Positions 18,672 to 27,840 of a stretch of 64,000 nucleotides of DNA are shown in pieces (position 1 is the stretch's first letter; every line of letters begins with the position of its first letter). Source of the stretch: Dehalococcoidia bacterium (GTDB taxonomy: Bacteria; Chloroflexota; Dehalococcoidia; Lucifugimonadales; VXLM01). The translations under genes and the position numbers were made by a program. The notes under the pieces are model-generated. The model did no database searches. It was given only the letters and a program-made list of their open reading frames with translations, and was not told where the DNA came from. The DNA lies in contig DAOUKG010000049.1 in NCBI GenBank assembly GCA_034421575.1, positions 31,928 through 95,927 on the forward strand. The letters are read 5' to 3'.

Positions 18672-19028
18672 CGTTGCCTCACCTCCGGTTGGAACACTCG
18701 AAAGACTTTAGATGGTGTGTGAGAGGTCTGCAAAATCGGTCATGGTGAGTTTGTCGAACCATGAATTGCCCTTCGACTCTTCGACAAGCTCAGGGGAGCC
18801 AGGCTTTCAAGTAACTGCCCTCGGCTAAGTTGGAGCATCACCCTCACCCTAGCCCTCTCCCACGACGGGAGAGGGGATAAGAGGGCCTTCGACAGGCTCA
18901 GGCCGAACGTGCTTCCTCGCAGCCACACGGCAGTTACTGACACCCCGGCACGGCCTCGCGCGCCGGGCGTAACGCTACTCAGGGCGAACGGATCATATAG
19001 CTCTGTAAGCACCTTCGCACACACCCTC

Positions 19029-20096
19029 TTAGAGCGGCGGCTCCTGGTAGTCGCGGTCCTTGTTGTAGACGACGACCCTGCTCAACGCGTCAGTGATGAA
19101 GATTCGGTCGTGCTCGTCGATGTCGATGCCGACGGGGCGGGAGAACCTGTGTGAGTACTCAAGCGGCGCATCGTAGCGATTGAGCGTCTTGATGCTCTCG
19201 GAATCACGTTCCAGGAGGTACTTTCCCGCCTTTGACAGCTCACGCATGTCTCCGTACAGCGACGCGAGCACCTCGCCGTCCGGCTCGTAGATCTGCACAC
19301 GCCTGTTCCCCCAGTCGGTGACGTATACGTCGCCGTCGCTGTCGACTGCCACGCCGGAAGGGTGACTCAGCGACGACGCCGACCCGTTCTGCGAGCCGAA
19401 TGTCATCAGGTGCTCACCGTCAGGGGCGAACTTCTGCACCCGGTGGTTGCCCCAGTCGGCGACGTAGACCGCTCCCTCGCGGTCTATGGTGATGCCCCAG
19501 GGCCGGTTGAACTCTCCCTCGGAATCGCCGACGGCACCCCACGTCTTGAGGTAGTCGCCGTTCTTAGTGAATGCCTGGACGCGGTTGTTCAGGCTGTCGA
19601 CGACGTAGAGGTCGTCGTTCGCGTCGAAGGCGATTCCGGTAGGGCCGTTCAACATTCCCGGCTCGGAGCCCTTCGCCCCCCACCGATCTATGTGCTCACC
19701 GCCGGCGTCACGTTCGGGAAACACCACGATCCCGTCCGGATCGAAGCGCGATATCGTGCACTCGTGCTCGTCGGAGACGAACACGTTGCCGTCAGTTCCC
19801 GAGACGGCGATGCCGGCCGGCCAGGTGAACGCGCCACGGGCGAAGTCACCGATGTGGTCCTCGTCAATCGTGGTCTTGCTGACACGAATGTAAATGTCGT
19901 AGCCGAATGACACGATCACCTGATAGCCCCAACCGCGACTGACGACGAAGAGAATGTCGTCGCCGGCGGCGGCAACGTCGACAGGGTAGCTGTAGCCGCC
20001 CGTCCTCCCGAACCTGCTCTGGTTGTGCTCGGCCGTGTGCCGCCCCATGATATGGCTGTAGTGCCACGTTCGGCCCGCTGCCGTGGTCGTTTTCAT
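19029..20096 (-). CDS. NHL repeat-containing protein, paralog 2 of 3
   Basis: Same architecture as paralog 1. The ATG at 20096 (MKTTTAAGRTWHYSH) is preceded by GGAGGTGA, as in paralog 1. Confidence 0.85.
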   Translation of the reverse strand: MKTTTAAGRTWHYSHIMGRHTAEHNQSRFGRTGGYSYPVDVAAAGDDILFVVSRGWGYQVIVSFGYDIYIRVSKTTIDEDHIGDFARGAFTWPAGIAVSGTDGNVFVSDEHECTISRFDPDGIVVFPERDAGGEHIDRWGAKGSEPGMLNGPTGIAFDANDDLYVVDSLNNRVQAFTKNGDYLKTWGAVGDSEGEFNRPWGITIDREGAVYVADWGNHRVQKFAPDGEHLMTFGSQNGSASSLSHPSGVAVDSDGDVYVTDWGNRRVQIYEPDGEVLASLYGDMRELSKAGKYLLERDSESIKTLNRYDAPLEYSHRFSRPVGIDIDEHDRIFITDALSRVVVYNKDRDYQEPPL

Positions 20097-20340
20097 CGAT
20101 GCCTCACCTCCGGTTGGTACACTCGAAAGATTTAGGGGTGTGTGAGAGGTCTGCAATATCGTTCATGGTGAGCTAATTGCCCTTCGACAAGCTCAGGGGA
20201 GCCAGGCTTCCAAGTAACTGCCCTCGCCTAAGTTGGAGCATCTCCCTCACCCTAGCCCTCTCCCACGACGGGAGAGGGGATAAGAGGCCCTTCGACGGGC
20301 TCAGGGCGAACGGATCATATAGCTCTGTAAGCACCTTCTT

Positions 20341-20497
20341 ATACCAATTGGGTGTGACTAGGCCGTATTCTCGACTTATCGGACATTCTGGATTCCGGCC
20401 CCGTATCGTGGTACGGGGTGACGTTCCTTCGCCGGAATGACGGGTGAGACTTGGCTGTGCATGGCAAATTCACGGTGTAGTCAAAACGAAATGGTAT
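20341..20497. mobile_element. MITE-like composite repeat with ATACCAATTGG ... CCATTTCGT/AATTGGTAT ends
   Basis: Homologous to 27666..27794. Partial left ends occur near 11255 and 12249. It interrupts an otherwise duplicated NHL spacer. Confidence 0.6.
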
Positions 20498-20508
20498 TAC
20501 ACACCCTC

Positions 20509-21573
20509 TTAGAGCGGCGGCTCCTGGTAGTCGCGGTCCTTTGTGTAGACCACGAGTCGGCCCATGGCGTCCGTCACGATGACGCGGTCCTGATCGTCGA
20601 CTTCGATGCCAACCGGTCTGGAGAACTTGTTGAGGTACGCCGTCGGCGCGTCGAACTGGTTGAGCCGCTTGATGCTCTCCGGGTCGCGCGCCAGAGCGTA
20701 CTGCCCGGCCTTGGACAGCTCGCTCATATCTCCGTACAGCGCCGCAATCACGTCGCCGTCCGGCTCGTAGATCTGCACGCGGCGGTTGCCCCAGTCTGTG
20801 ACGTAGACGTCTCCGTCGCTGTCGACGGCAACCCCGGCAGGGTGACTCAGCGACGATGTCGACCCGTTCATCGATCCGTATGTCCTGAGGTGTTCTCCAT
20901 CGGGACTGAACTTCTGCACGCGGTGGTTGCCCCAGTCGGCGACATAGACCGCCCCTTCGCGGTCGATGGTGATGCCCCAAGGCCTGTTGAACTCTCCCTC
21001 ACCGTCGCCGGAAGCGCCCCACGTCCTGAGAAAGTCGCCACTCTTGGTGAAGACCTGAACGCGGTTGTTCAGGCTGTCGACGACGTAGAGGTCGTCATTG
21101 GCGTCGAACGCGATTCCGGCGGGGCCGTTCAGCATTCCCGGCTCGGAACCCCTCGTGCCCCAACGGTCGAAGTACTCGCCGTCCGGGTCGCGCTCGCAGA
21201 ACGTCTGGATGGCGTTAGGGTCGAAGAGTGAAATGTTGCACTCGTACTCGTCGGAGGCGAATACGCTGCCGTCGGTCTTCGAGACGGCGATCCCCACCGG
21301 CCAGGTGAAGCCACCGCGAGCGAAGTCGCCGATGTGATCTTCGTCAATCGTCGTCTTGCCGATCCGGGTGAATACGTCGAAGTCGTACGACACGTTCGGG
21401 AATCCGTAGCCGCGACTGATGACGAAGAGAATGTCGTCGCCCGCCGCAGTGACGTCCACCGGGAAGCCGTAGCCGCCCGTCCTGCCGAACTTGCTCTGGT
21501 TGTGCTCGGCCGTCTGACGCCCCAGGTTGTGGCTGTAGTGCCACGTCCTGCCCGCTGCCGTGGTCGTAATCAT
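20509..21573 (-). CDS. NHL repeat-containing protein, paralog 3 of 3
   Basis: 354 aa. The N-terminus MITTTAAGRTWHYSHNLGRQTAEHNQSKFGRTGGY is identical to paralog 1. Confidence 0.85.
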   Translation of the reverse strand: MITTTAAGRTWHYSHNLGRQTAEHNQSKFGRTGGYGFPVDVTAAGDDILFVISRGYGFPNVSYDFDVFTRIGKTTIDEDHIGDFARGGFTWPVGIAVSKTDGSVFASDEYECNISLFDPNAIQTFCERDPDGEYFDRWGTRGSEPGMLNGPAGIAFDANDDLYVVDSLNNRVQVFTKSGDFLRTWGASGDGEGEFNRPWGITIDREGAVYVADWGNHRVQKFSPDGEHLRTYGSMNGSTSSLSHPAGVAVDSDGDVYVTDWGNRRVQIYEPDGDVIAALYGDMSELSKAGQYALARDPESIKRLNQFDAPTAYLNKFSRPVGIEVDDQDRVIVTDAMGRLVVYTKDRDYQEPPL

Positions 21574-21608
21574 CGCGGTCTCCTGCGAAAGTGCGGAAAG
21601 CCCACGCG

Positions 21609-22742
21609 CTAGTTCTTGAAGATCGGCGGGCGCTCGAACTCGCCGCCCACGATCTCGCGTTCGTCGATGCCCATCCAGTCGTCGAGGATGGCGGCGTACG
21701 GGCCGCGGAAGTCCATGCCCGGCGCGAGATCGCCCTCAACCAGCTTGTCCGCCTCGATGCTGGGGTACTCGCCGTACTGTCCGCCATTGACGTTCGGACC
21801 GATGACGAATGCCACGCCTCCAGCCCCGTGGTCGGTGCCGCCGCCGTTTTCGCGGACGCGACGCCCGAACTCGGAGAAGACCAGCATCGTCACGTTGTCC
21901 GCCGCGTCGTGGGCATTCAGGTCGTCCCAGAAGTCCGCTATGGCGCCCGACACCTCACTCCAGAGGCGGGGATGGTTGACGCCCTGGGCGGCGTGTGTGT
22001 CGAACCCGCCGAACTCGGTGTAGAGGATGCGCGACCCTATGTCGGCCATGTGGATCATGGCAACGTCCCGGAGCCTCTGAGCGACGGTGTTGGACGCGTA
22101 CTCGACCTGGGACGCGTACTTCTTGGGAGCGACCGCTATCTGGTCGGCGCCGTTGAGCGCGTCCATGCCTGTCTTGGCGATGTACTCGGCAACCGGGCCG
22201 CGACCGATGGCCGGCGCGTACATCTTGGCAAAGCGGTCGAGCATCTGCGCGCGAATCTCCGCCCTCTCGACGGAGGTGAGCATGCCGTAGGTGTCGATGT
22301 TCGCCACCGAGGCGGCGGAAACTCCGTCCGCAACCAGCGCCCTCGGCAGCCCCTGGCCGACGTTGACGGTGGTGACGGGGTTCTCCCCGTTCGGGTCGAT
22401 CTGGCGGGTGGCCTTGCCGAGCCAGCCCTGGGAGGCGAACTCGTCCGGCTCCGCCGTGTGCCAGATGTCCATGCAGCGGAAGTGCGACCGGTTGGAGCCG
22501 GCCCATCCGACGCCGTGCAGGACGGCAACCTCGCCGCGAGAGTACATATCGTGCAGGGGACCCATCGAAGGGTTGAATGCTACATGGTCATCGAGCTTCA
22601 ACAGGTCATCTTCGGCCAACTGGAGGAGCGGACGGTTATCGAAGTAGTGGGGATTGGCGAAGGGCACGACCGTGTTCATGTAATCGTTCCCGCCGCTCAA
22701 CTGCAGCACGACCAGGACGGGGTCTTTGCTCGTGGTTGTCAT
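21609..22742 (-). CDS. DUF1501 domain-containing protein (sulfatase/alkaline-phosphatase-like fold)
   Basis: MTTTSKDPVLVVLQLSGGNDYMNTVVPF..., FSEFGRRVRENGGGTDHG and GGEFERPPIFKN match DUF1501 as I know it. I chose the ATG at 22742 (RBS AAAGGAAAAGG). The longer ORF overlaps the DUF1800 gene. Confidence 0.8.
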   Translation of the reverse strand: MTTTSKDPVLVVLQLSGGNDYMNTVVPFANPHYFDNRPLLQLAEDDLLKLDDHVAFNPSMGPLHDMYSRGEVAVLHGVGWAGSNRSHFRCMDIWHTAEPDEFASQGWLGKATRQIDPNGENPVTTVNVGQGLPRALVADGVSAASVANIDTYGMLTSVERAEIRAQMLDRFAKMYAPAIGRGPVAEYIAKTGMDALNGADQIAVAPKKYASQVEYASNTVAQRLRDVAMIHMADIGSRILYTEFGGFDTHAAQGVNHPRLWSEVSGAIADFWDDLNAHDAADNVTMLVFSEFGRRVRENGGGTDHGAGGVAFVIGPNVNGGQYGEYPSIEADKLVEGDLAPGMDFRGPYAAILDDWMGIDEREIVGGEFERPPIFKN

Positions 22743-22800
22743 CACACACCTTTTCCTTTCGTTCAGCTTGTGCTGATCAGCGTGAGGCTTCCTTGGGCCG

Positions 22801-24207
22801 TCAACCGAATTGGTACTCCTTGGTACCCGCAATGAGGGCGAGCATGTCCGCCACTCTCTCCGAGAACCCATCGAATTCGCCGTTTTCTCCATATACGATA
22901 GGGCCGCCATTCTCCGCCTGCGACACCAACTGCCCGTATGTCTCGTCGTCGACCGAGTCGAGTCCCATTTCAAAGAGACAGCGGTCGACGAATGCGTTGG
23001 TGGTCATCGTCCCGCCGTTGTTGCCGACGCGCCTGGCCATCGCGCGAACACCCGGCGATGTCGTGTCTCGAAGTCGTTCGGCAACGAAGTTGACCCGGTT
23101 GATAAGGGCCCCGCTGTTGATCCACTCGCCGCCCGTGTGCCAGCCCTCGACCGTGGGCGGATTCAAGAGGTCCTGCCCCATCGTGCCCGGTTCGAGCGCG
23201 AGCAGTCCCCAATTGGGGTTGGGGCCGTTGTACGACTCGGTCATCTTGAGGGTTGAGGCAACGATCTCGGCGGGGTTCTTCACCTTCTTGTACATGGCCT
23301 CTTTGAAGAAGTCGGAGTTGAACAGGGTCCGCAGCACGGGCCTCATCTCCAGGTCCGAATTGATGAAGACCTCACAGAGCATGTCTATGGCCTCGGGGTT
23401 CTTGGGCCGCTCGTTCGGCCACTTGGGCACTTCCGGCTCGTCCTCCACGAAGAAGCTGTACATGTGGCGCATGATGAACCGCGCGCACGCCGGCTGGCGG
23501 ACGACGATGTCGATGATGTCCTCGCCGTTGAAGTTGCCGTTGAACCCCATGAACGTCTTCTCGTTCTCGTCATGGTCCTCCGCCCGGTAGTCGAACCGCC
23601 ACGACTCCGGGGGGTAGGCCAGACCGCGAGACTTACCCGTGAACGTCCAGCCGGTGAACGCCCTCGCGCACTCGTAGACATCCTTCTCCGTGTAGTAGCC
23701 GACACCGAGCGAGAACAGCTCCAGGAGCTCGCGTCCCCAGTTCTCGTTCGGGGCGCGCTTGTGGTTGTCCTGGTTGTCGAGCCAGTAGATCATTCCCGGA
23801 TCGCGTGCGAGCTGCACCAGCAGGTCGCGGAAGTTGCCGAGACCGTGACGGCGGAACATGACGATCTGGTCGTGCATGGTGTTCGCCGTCTCCACCTTGT
23901 CAAGCCCGGTGGCGAAGACGTGGTGCCAGAAGAGCGACACCTTCTCCTGGAGCGCGCGCGGCGAATTGACCATGCGGTACAGCCAGTTCATCTGCGCGTG
24001 CTCGGCGGCGGTGATGTACTCGGTCATCGGAAGGTAGCGGAAGAGCAGGGCCTCGTCGATGTCGGGTTCCGCCTCGGGGGACAGGAGCCTCTCGACGGTT
24101 GCCTCGTAACCCTGCTCGACGAGGTGTTCCAACTCATCGTGAGTGGCCCCGAAACCGGCCCGCCGCATGAGGTGGGCCATCAGTGCGACTTCTTGTCGAT
24201 CAGCCAT
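22801..24207 (-). CDS. DUF1800 domain-containing protein
   Basis: MADRQEVALMAHLMRRAGFGATHDELEHL..., FWHHVFATG and GREL(L)ELFSLGVG are typical DUF1800 blocks. The ATG at 24207 is preceded by AGGAGG. Confidence 0.8.
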   Translation of the reverse strand: MADRQEVALMAHLMRRAGFGATHDELEHLVEQGYEATVERLLSPEAEPDIDEALLFRYLPMTEYITAAEHAQMNWLYRMVNSPRALQEKVSLFWHHVFATGLDKVETANTMHDQIVMFRRHGLGNFRDLLVQLARDPGMIYWLDNQDNHKRAPNENWGRELLELFSLGVGYYTEKDVYECARAFTGWTFTGKSRGLAYPPESWRFDYRAEDHDENEKTFMGFNGNFNGEDIIDIVVRQPACARFIMRHMYSFFVEDEPEVPKWPNERPKNPEAIDMLCEVFINSDLEMRPVLRTLFNSDFFKEAMYKKVKNPAEIVASTLKMTESYNGPNPNWGLLALEPGTMGQDLLNPPTVEGWHTGGEWINSGALINRVNFVAERLRDTTSPGVRAMARRVGNNGGTMTTNAFVDRCLFEMGLDSVDDETYGQLVSQAENGGPIVYGENGEFDGFSERVADMLALIAGTKEYQFG

Positions 24208-24281
24208 CGTTTGCGCCTCCTGAAGGGTGCTATCCGAGCGATGTTCGCCAACCGCGCATACGCCTTCTATTTTGGACAAAG

Positions 24282-24328
24282 ATTGTACCGACTCTAGTCA
24301 ACCTACTCAATACCATACTGGTATTGAG
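24282..24328 (-). promoter_or_regulatory. candidate promoter (-35 TTGAGT, 17 nt, -10 TACAAT) overlapped by a perfect 10-bp inverted repeat (operator candidate)
   Basis: Plus-strand ATTGTA at 24282..24287 and ACTCAA at 24305..24310. The palindrome CTCAATACCA-TAC-TGGTATTGAG spans 24306..24328, about 100 nt upstream of the DUF1800 start. Confidence 0.4.
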
Positions 24329-24487
24329 TAACGCAATCCGTGTTTGAGGGTGATTTTCGGGCAGATCCGGAGATCGTTTGTGGTGAGCTTGCCGAACCAT
24401 GAACGGCGCTGCCGCCCTTCTGCAGGCTCAGAGTCTACCCTGTACTCTCCGATAGGGGGCGGAAGTCCAGTAGTCGGGGTAGTGGAT

Positions 24488-24640
24488 CAGGGCAATCGCA
24501 TTTCACACAGGGTCGGGCGTTGAGGGGCCTCCCAACCCACCTCTCTGGACTCCGGCTCCGTATCGTGGTACGGGGTGACGTTCCTTCGCCGGAGTGACGA
24601 TTGCTGGTGTTCCTATCAACTCTACATGCTATTGCCCTAG
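24488..24640. mobile_element. MITE-like element (degenerate 16-bp terminal inverted repeats) carrying a nested hairpin-module insertion
   Basis: Same element as 50693..50818, plus an internal CCCGTATCGTGGTACGGGGTGACGTTC module. Confidence 0.7.
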
Positions 24641-24736
24641 GAGCCTGTCGAAAGCAGATTCTCTTTCCGCGCTCTCTGGACTACAATATCAGGGGTTCGT
24701 TCACACTCATCCCCACACAGGCAAGCCCCATATCGC

Positions 24737-26224
24737 ATGGACTACGAAGTCGTCATCGGTCTTGAGGTCCACAGCCAGCTGCTGACGCGGAGCAAGATGT
24801 TCTGTGGGTGTGCGGCGTCGTACCAGGACGCGGCCCCAAACACGATGGTGTGTGAAGTCTGCATGGGGATGCCGGGCGTCCTGCCCACCATCAACCGCCG
24901 GGCGGTGGAGATCGTCATCGCGACGGGGTTGGCCCTCGACTGCACGGTGTCCGGGTTGACGAAGTTCGACCGGAAGAACTACCCGTATCCCGACCTCATG
25001 AAGGGGTACCAGATTTCGCAGTTCGACCAGCCAGTCGCGAAGGACGGCAAGTTGACGGTCGACGTGGACGGCACGGAGCGCACGATTCGGATCAATCGCG
25101 TCCACCTCGAAGAAGACGTGGCCAAGCTGTCGCACCACACAGGATACGGGGGAGAGCGCTACAGCCTGCTGGACATAAACCGCGCGGGCGTCCCCCTGAT
25201 GGAGACCGTCAGCGAGCCGGACATGCGCTCGGCCGAAGAGGCCCGCGCCTACCTCACGTCGCTGCACTCGATTCTCCGGTATATCGGCGCGAGCACGGCG
25301 AACATGGAAGAGGGCAGCTTCCGCTGCGACGCGAACATCAGCGTCCGTCCGGCGGGAGCGACAGAGCTTGGCCCGAAGGTCGAGGTCAAGAACATGAACA
25401 GCTTCCGGTCGGTCTTCGGCGCGCTCACGTACGAGGCCGACAGGCAGACCCGACTCGCCCGCCGTGGCGAACGCATTGTCCAGGAGACTCGCGGCTGGGT
25501 CGAGGAGAAGAGCATTACGGTATCCCAGCGTGTCAAGGAAGGCTCGTCGGACTATCGCTACTTCCCGGAACCCGACCTGCCGCCGTTCGTGATCGACCGA
25601 GACTGGGTCGATCATGTGAAGGGCGATCTGCCGGAGCTTCCGCGAACTCGGAAGGCGCGTTTCATGGAGGAACTCGGCCTCTCGTCATACGACGCGGGAC
25701 TCCTGACGGCTGAGAAGGCCACGGCGGACTATTTCGACTCGGTGATCGCAGTCCGGTCCGTCGAGGGCGATGCACTCTCACGGCTGGCAAAGTCCGCGAG
25801 CAACTGGATGCTCGGCGAGCTTACGAGGCTGATGAAGGAGACCGACACCGAGATTGACGACATTCGAGTCCGTCCGGGCCAACTGGTCGAACTGATCGAC
25901 ATGACAGAGGAAGGGAAGCTCAGCTCCAACCTGGCGAAGGACGTCTTCGTCCGGATGTACGAGACGGGACGCGGCCCGGCTGAGATCGCCGAAGAGGCCG
26001 GGCTCGTGCAGGTGAGCGACGTCGACCAGGTTGCCTCCGCCGTGGATGCGGCTATCGCCGGGAATCCCCAGGCGGTCGCCGACTACATGGAGGGGAAGAA
26101 CAAGGCAATCGGCTTCCTCGTGGGACAGGTGATGAAGGAGACTCGCGGAAAGGCCAATCCGCGCATGGCGTCGTCGCTGGTGAAGGAAAAGCTCGACGAG
26201 ATGAGGCAGGCGGTGCCGAGTTGA
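24737..26224 (+). CDS. gatB: Asp-tRNA(Asn)/Glu-tRNA(Gln) amidotransferase subunit B
   Basis: MDYEVVIGLEVHSQLLTRSKMFCGC..., RINRVHLEEDVAKL and a C-terminal YqeY-like tail give the canonical GatB pattern. Confidence 0.95.
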   Translation: MDYEVVIGLEVHSQLLTRSKMFCGCAASYQDAAPNTMVCEVCMGMPGVLPTINRRAVEIVIATGLALDCTVSGLTKFDRKNYPYPDLMKGYQISQFDQPVAKDGKLTVDVDGTERTIRINRVHLEEDVAKLSHHTGYGGERYSLLDINRAGVPLMETVSEPDMRSAEEARAYLTSLHSILRYIGASTANMEEGSFRCDANISVRPAGATELGPKVEVKNMNSFRSVFGALTYEADRQTRLARRGERIVQETRGWVEEKSITVSQRVKEGSSDYRYFPEPDLPPFVIDRDWVDHVKGDLPELPRTRKARFMEELGLSSYDAGLLTAEKATADYFDSVIAVRSVEGDALSRLAKSASNWMLGELTRLMKETDTEIDDIRVRPGQLVELIDMTEEGKLSSNLAKDVFVRMYETGRGPAEIAEEAGLVQVSDVDQVASAVDAAIAGNPQAVADYMEGKNKAIGFLVGQVMKETRGKANPRMASSLVKEKLDEMRQAVPS

Positions 26225-27513
26225 GGGCAAGCAACGGGTCGGGTCGTACGGGTCGCGGCAGTTGGGAGACCTTCCTGAAGTTCGCCTACGCCGGCCTGGG
26301 CGTCAAACGGTGGTTATTCCTGTGGTCTGCGGGAGTCGGAATTATCGCCATCGGCCTGGCGTTCGTCTCCAAGAACGTCTTTGACATCTACCTGCCCAAC
26401 TTCCTGCCGTGGTACCTTGAGGGCGTGCTCCTCGGAGGAGTGGGAGTTGTCGCGGTGGTCGTGTCCGTCTACGGCCTGTACCGCTCGGTTGGGCACCTCG
26501 TCCTGGCCACGTCAGGAATCGACTCCCTGGCCGACACGCTGTACAACCGGCGCTACCGCTCGCGAGGTCCGCGAATCGTCACGATCGGCGGCGGCACCGG
26601 CATGTCGGTGCTGCTCCGCGGACTCAAGGAACACACCGACAACATCAGCGCCATCGTGACGGTGGGTGACGATGGCGGAAGCTCAGGACGGCTGCGGGAA
26701 AACCTGGGAGTCCTTCCACCGGGCGACTTTCGAAACTGCCTGATAGCGCTCTCCGACGACGAGACCCTTGTCCGAGACCTGTTCCAGTACCGGTTCGACC
26801 GTGGAGAGGGTCTGGAGGGCCACAGCTTCGGCAACCTCTTCATAGCCGCAATGACCGAGATCACCGGCAATTTCGAGGCTGCGTTGGAGGAGTCCAGCCG
26901 GGTGCTCGCAGTGCACGGCAGAGTCATACCGGCCACGAACGAGAGCCTGCATCTATCCGCCAGACTCTTCGATGGCAAGGTTATCGACGGAGAGTCGAAC
27001 TTCGAAGGCAACCGCGTCCTCATCAAGGAGCTGATGGTGCGTCCCAAGGATGCGACGGCCGTGCCGGCCGCCATCGACGCGATACGCGACGCCGAGATGA
27101 TCGTGATAGGTCCAGGCAGCCTGTACACCAGCATTCTTCCCAACCTGCTTGTGAATGGAATCGCACAGGCGGTGGTGGACTCCGATGCCCGAAAGCTCTA
27201 CGTCTGCAACGTCGCCACGGAGAGCGGCGAGACCATCGGATACACCGTGGCAGATCACCTTTCCGCCCTCCAACAGCATACAAGCGATGAGATCGTGGAC
27301 TACGTCATCGCCAACAGCGGCATTGCCGAGCTGGGCCCGCCCTTCAAGGGCCGTCTTGTGGAGCAGGATGGAAGGGATGTCGAGCACGCCAGGATTGTCA
27401 CCGCCGACCTGATAGATGCGACTTTTCCCGTTCGACACGACGCGGGTAAGCTAGCGGACTGCATCCTCGGGGTGTATCATAGAGGGGTTCCTGAAGCTGA
27501 AGCGGTTAGGTAG
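26221..27513 (+). CDS. YvcK-like gluconeogenesis factor (CofD-related family) with an N-terminal membrane extension
   Basis: RIVTIGGGTGMSVLLRGLKEHTDNISAIVTVGDDGGSSGRLRE is the family hallmark. About 100 extra N-terminal residues include two hydrophobic helices. The TTG start overlaps the gatB stop. Confidence 0.85.
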   Translation: MRASNGSGRTGRGSWETFLKFAYAGLGVKRWLFLWSAGVGIIAIGLAFVSKNVFDIYLPNFLPWYLEGVLLGGVGVVAVVVSVYGLYRSVGHLVLATSGIDSLADTLYNRRYRSRGPRIVTIGGGTGMSVLLRGLKEHTDNISAIVTVGDDGGSSGRLRENLGVLPPGDFRNCLIALSDDETLVRDLFQYRFDRGEGLEGHSFGNLFIAAMTEITGNFEAALEESSRVLAVHGRVIPATNESLHLSARLFDGKVIDGESNFEGNRVLIKELMVRPKDATAVPAAIDAIRDAEMIVIGPGSLYTSILPNLLVNGIAQAVVDSDARKLYVCNVATESGETIGYTVADHLSALQQHTSDEIVDYVIANSGIAELGPPFKGRLVEQDGRDVEHARIVTADLIDATFPVRHDAGKLADCILGVYHRGVPEAEAVR

Positions 27514-27665
27514 TTATCACATACTTGTAAGACACTTCGTTATCCTTAGGCAACAGTGTCATTCCCGCGAAAGCGGGAATCCAAGTCTGGATAGTATGTG
27601 CTCTCGGGAGGAATAGATTCCCGCTTTCGCGGGAATGACGGGAAAGGTTAACGTTACCTAGCGTA

Positions 27666-27794
27666 ATACCAATTGGGTGTGATGAGGCCGTATTCTCGAC
27701 TGACTGGACTTTCTGGATTCCGGCCTTCGCCGGAATGACGGGTGAGTTGGCTGTATCACGACCAATTCACGGTGAGTTCAAAACGAATTGGTAT
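27666..27794. mobile_element. MITE-like composite repeat (ATACCAATTGG ... CGAATTGGTAT)
   Basis: Its terminal inverted repeats are visible directly. It is homologous to 20341..20497. Confidence 0.6.
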
Positions 27795-27840
27795 AAGTAA
27801 GGAACGTCGACCTTGATGGAACGACGGGGTAGAGGTACAG

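Noticed and set aside
22743-22973. N-terminal extension of the DUF1501 ORF (and a similar extension of the DUF1800 ORF, 24208..24279)
   Set aside because: The extension overlaps the upstream gene and has an Arg/Ser/Thr-rich, non-conserved-looking sequence. Internal ATGs have good RBSs and give family-typical N-termini.
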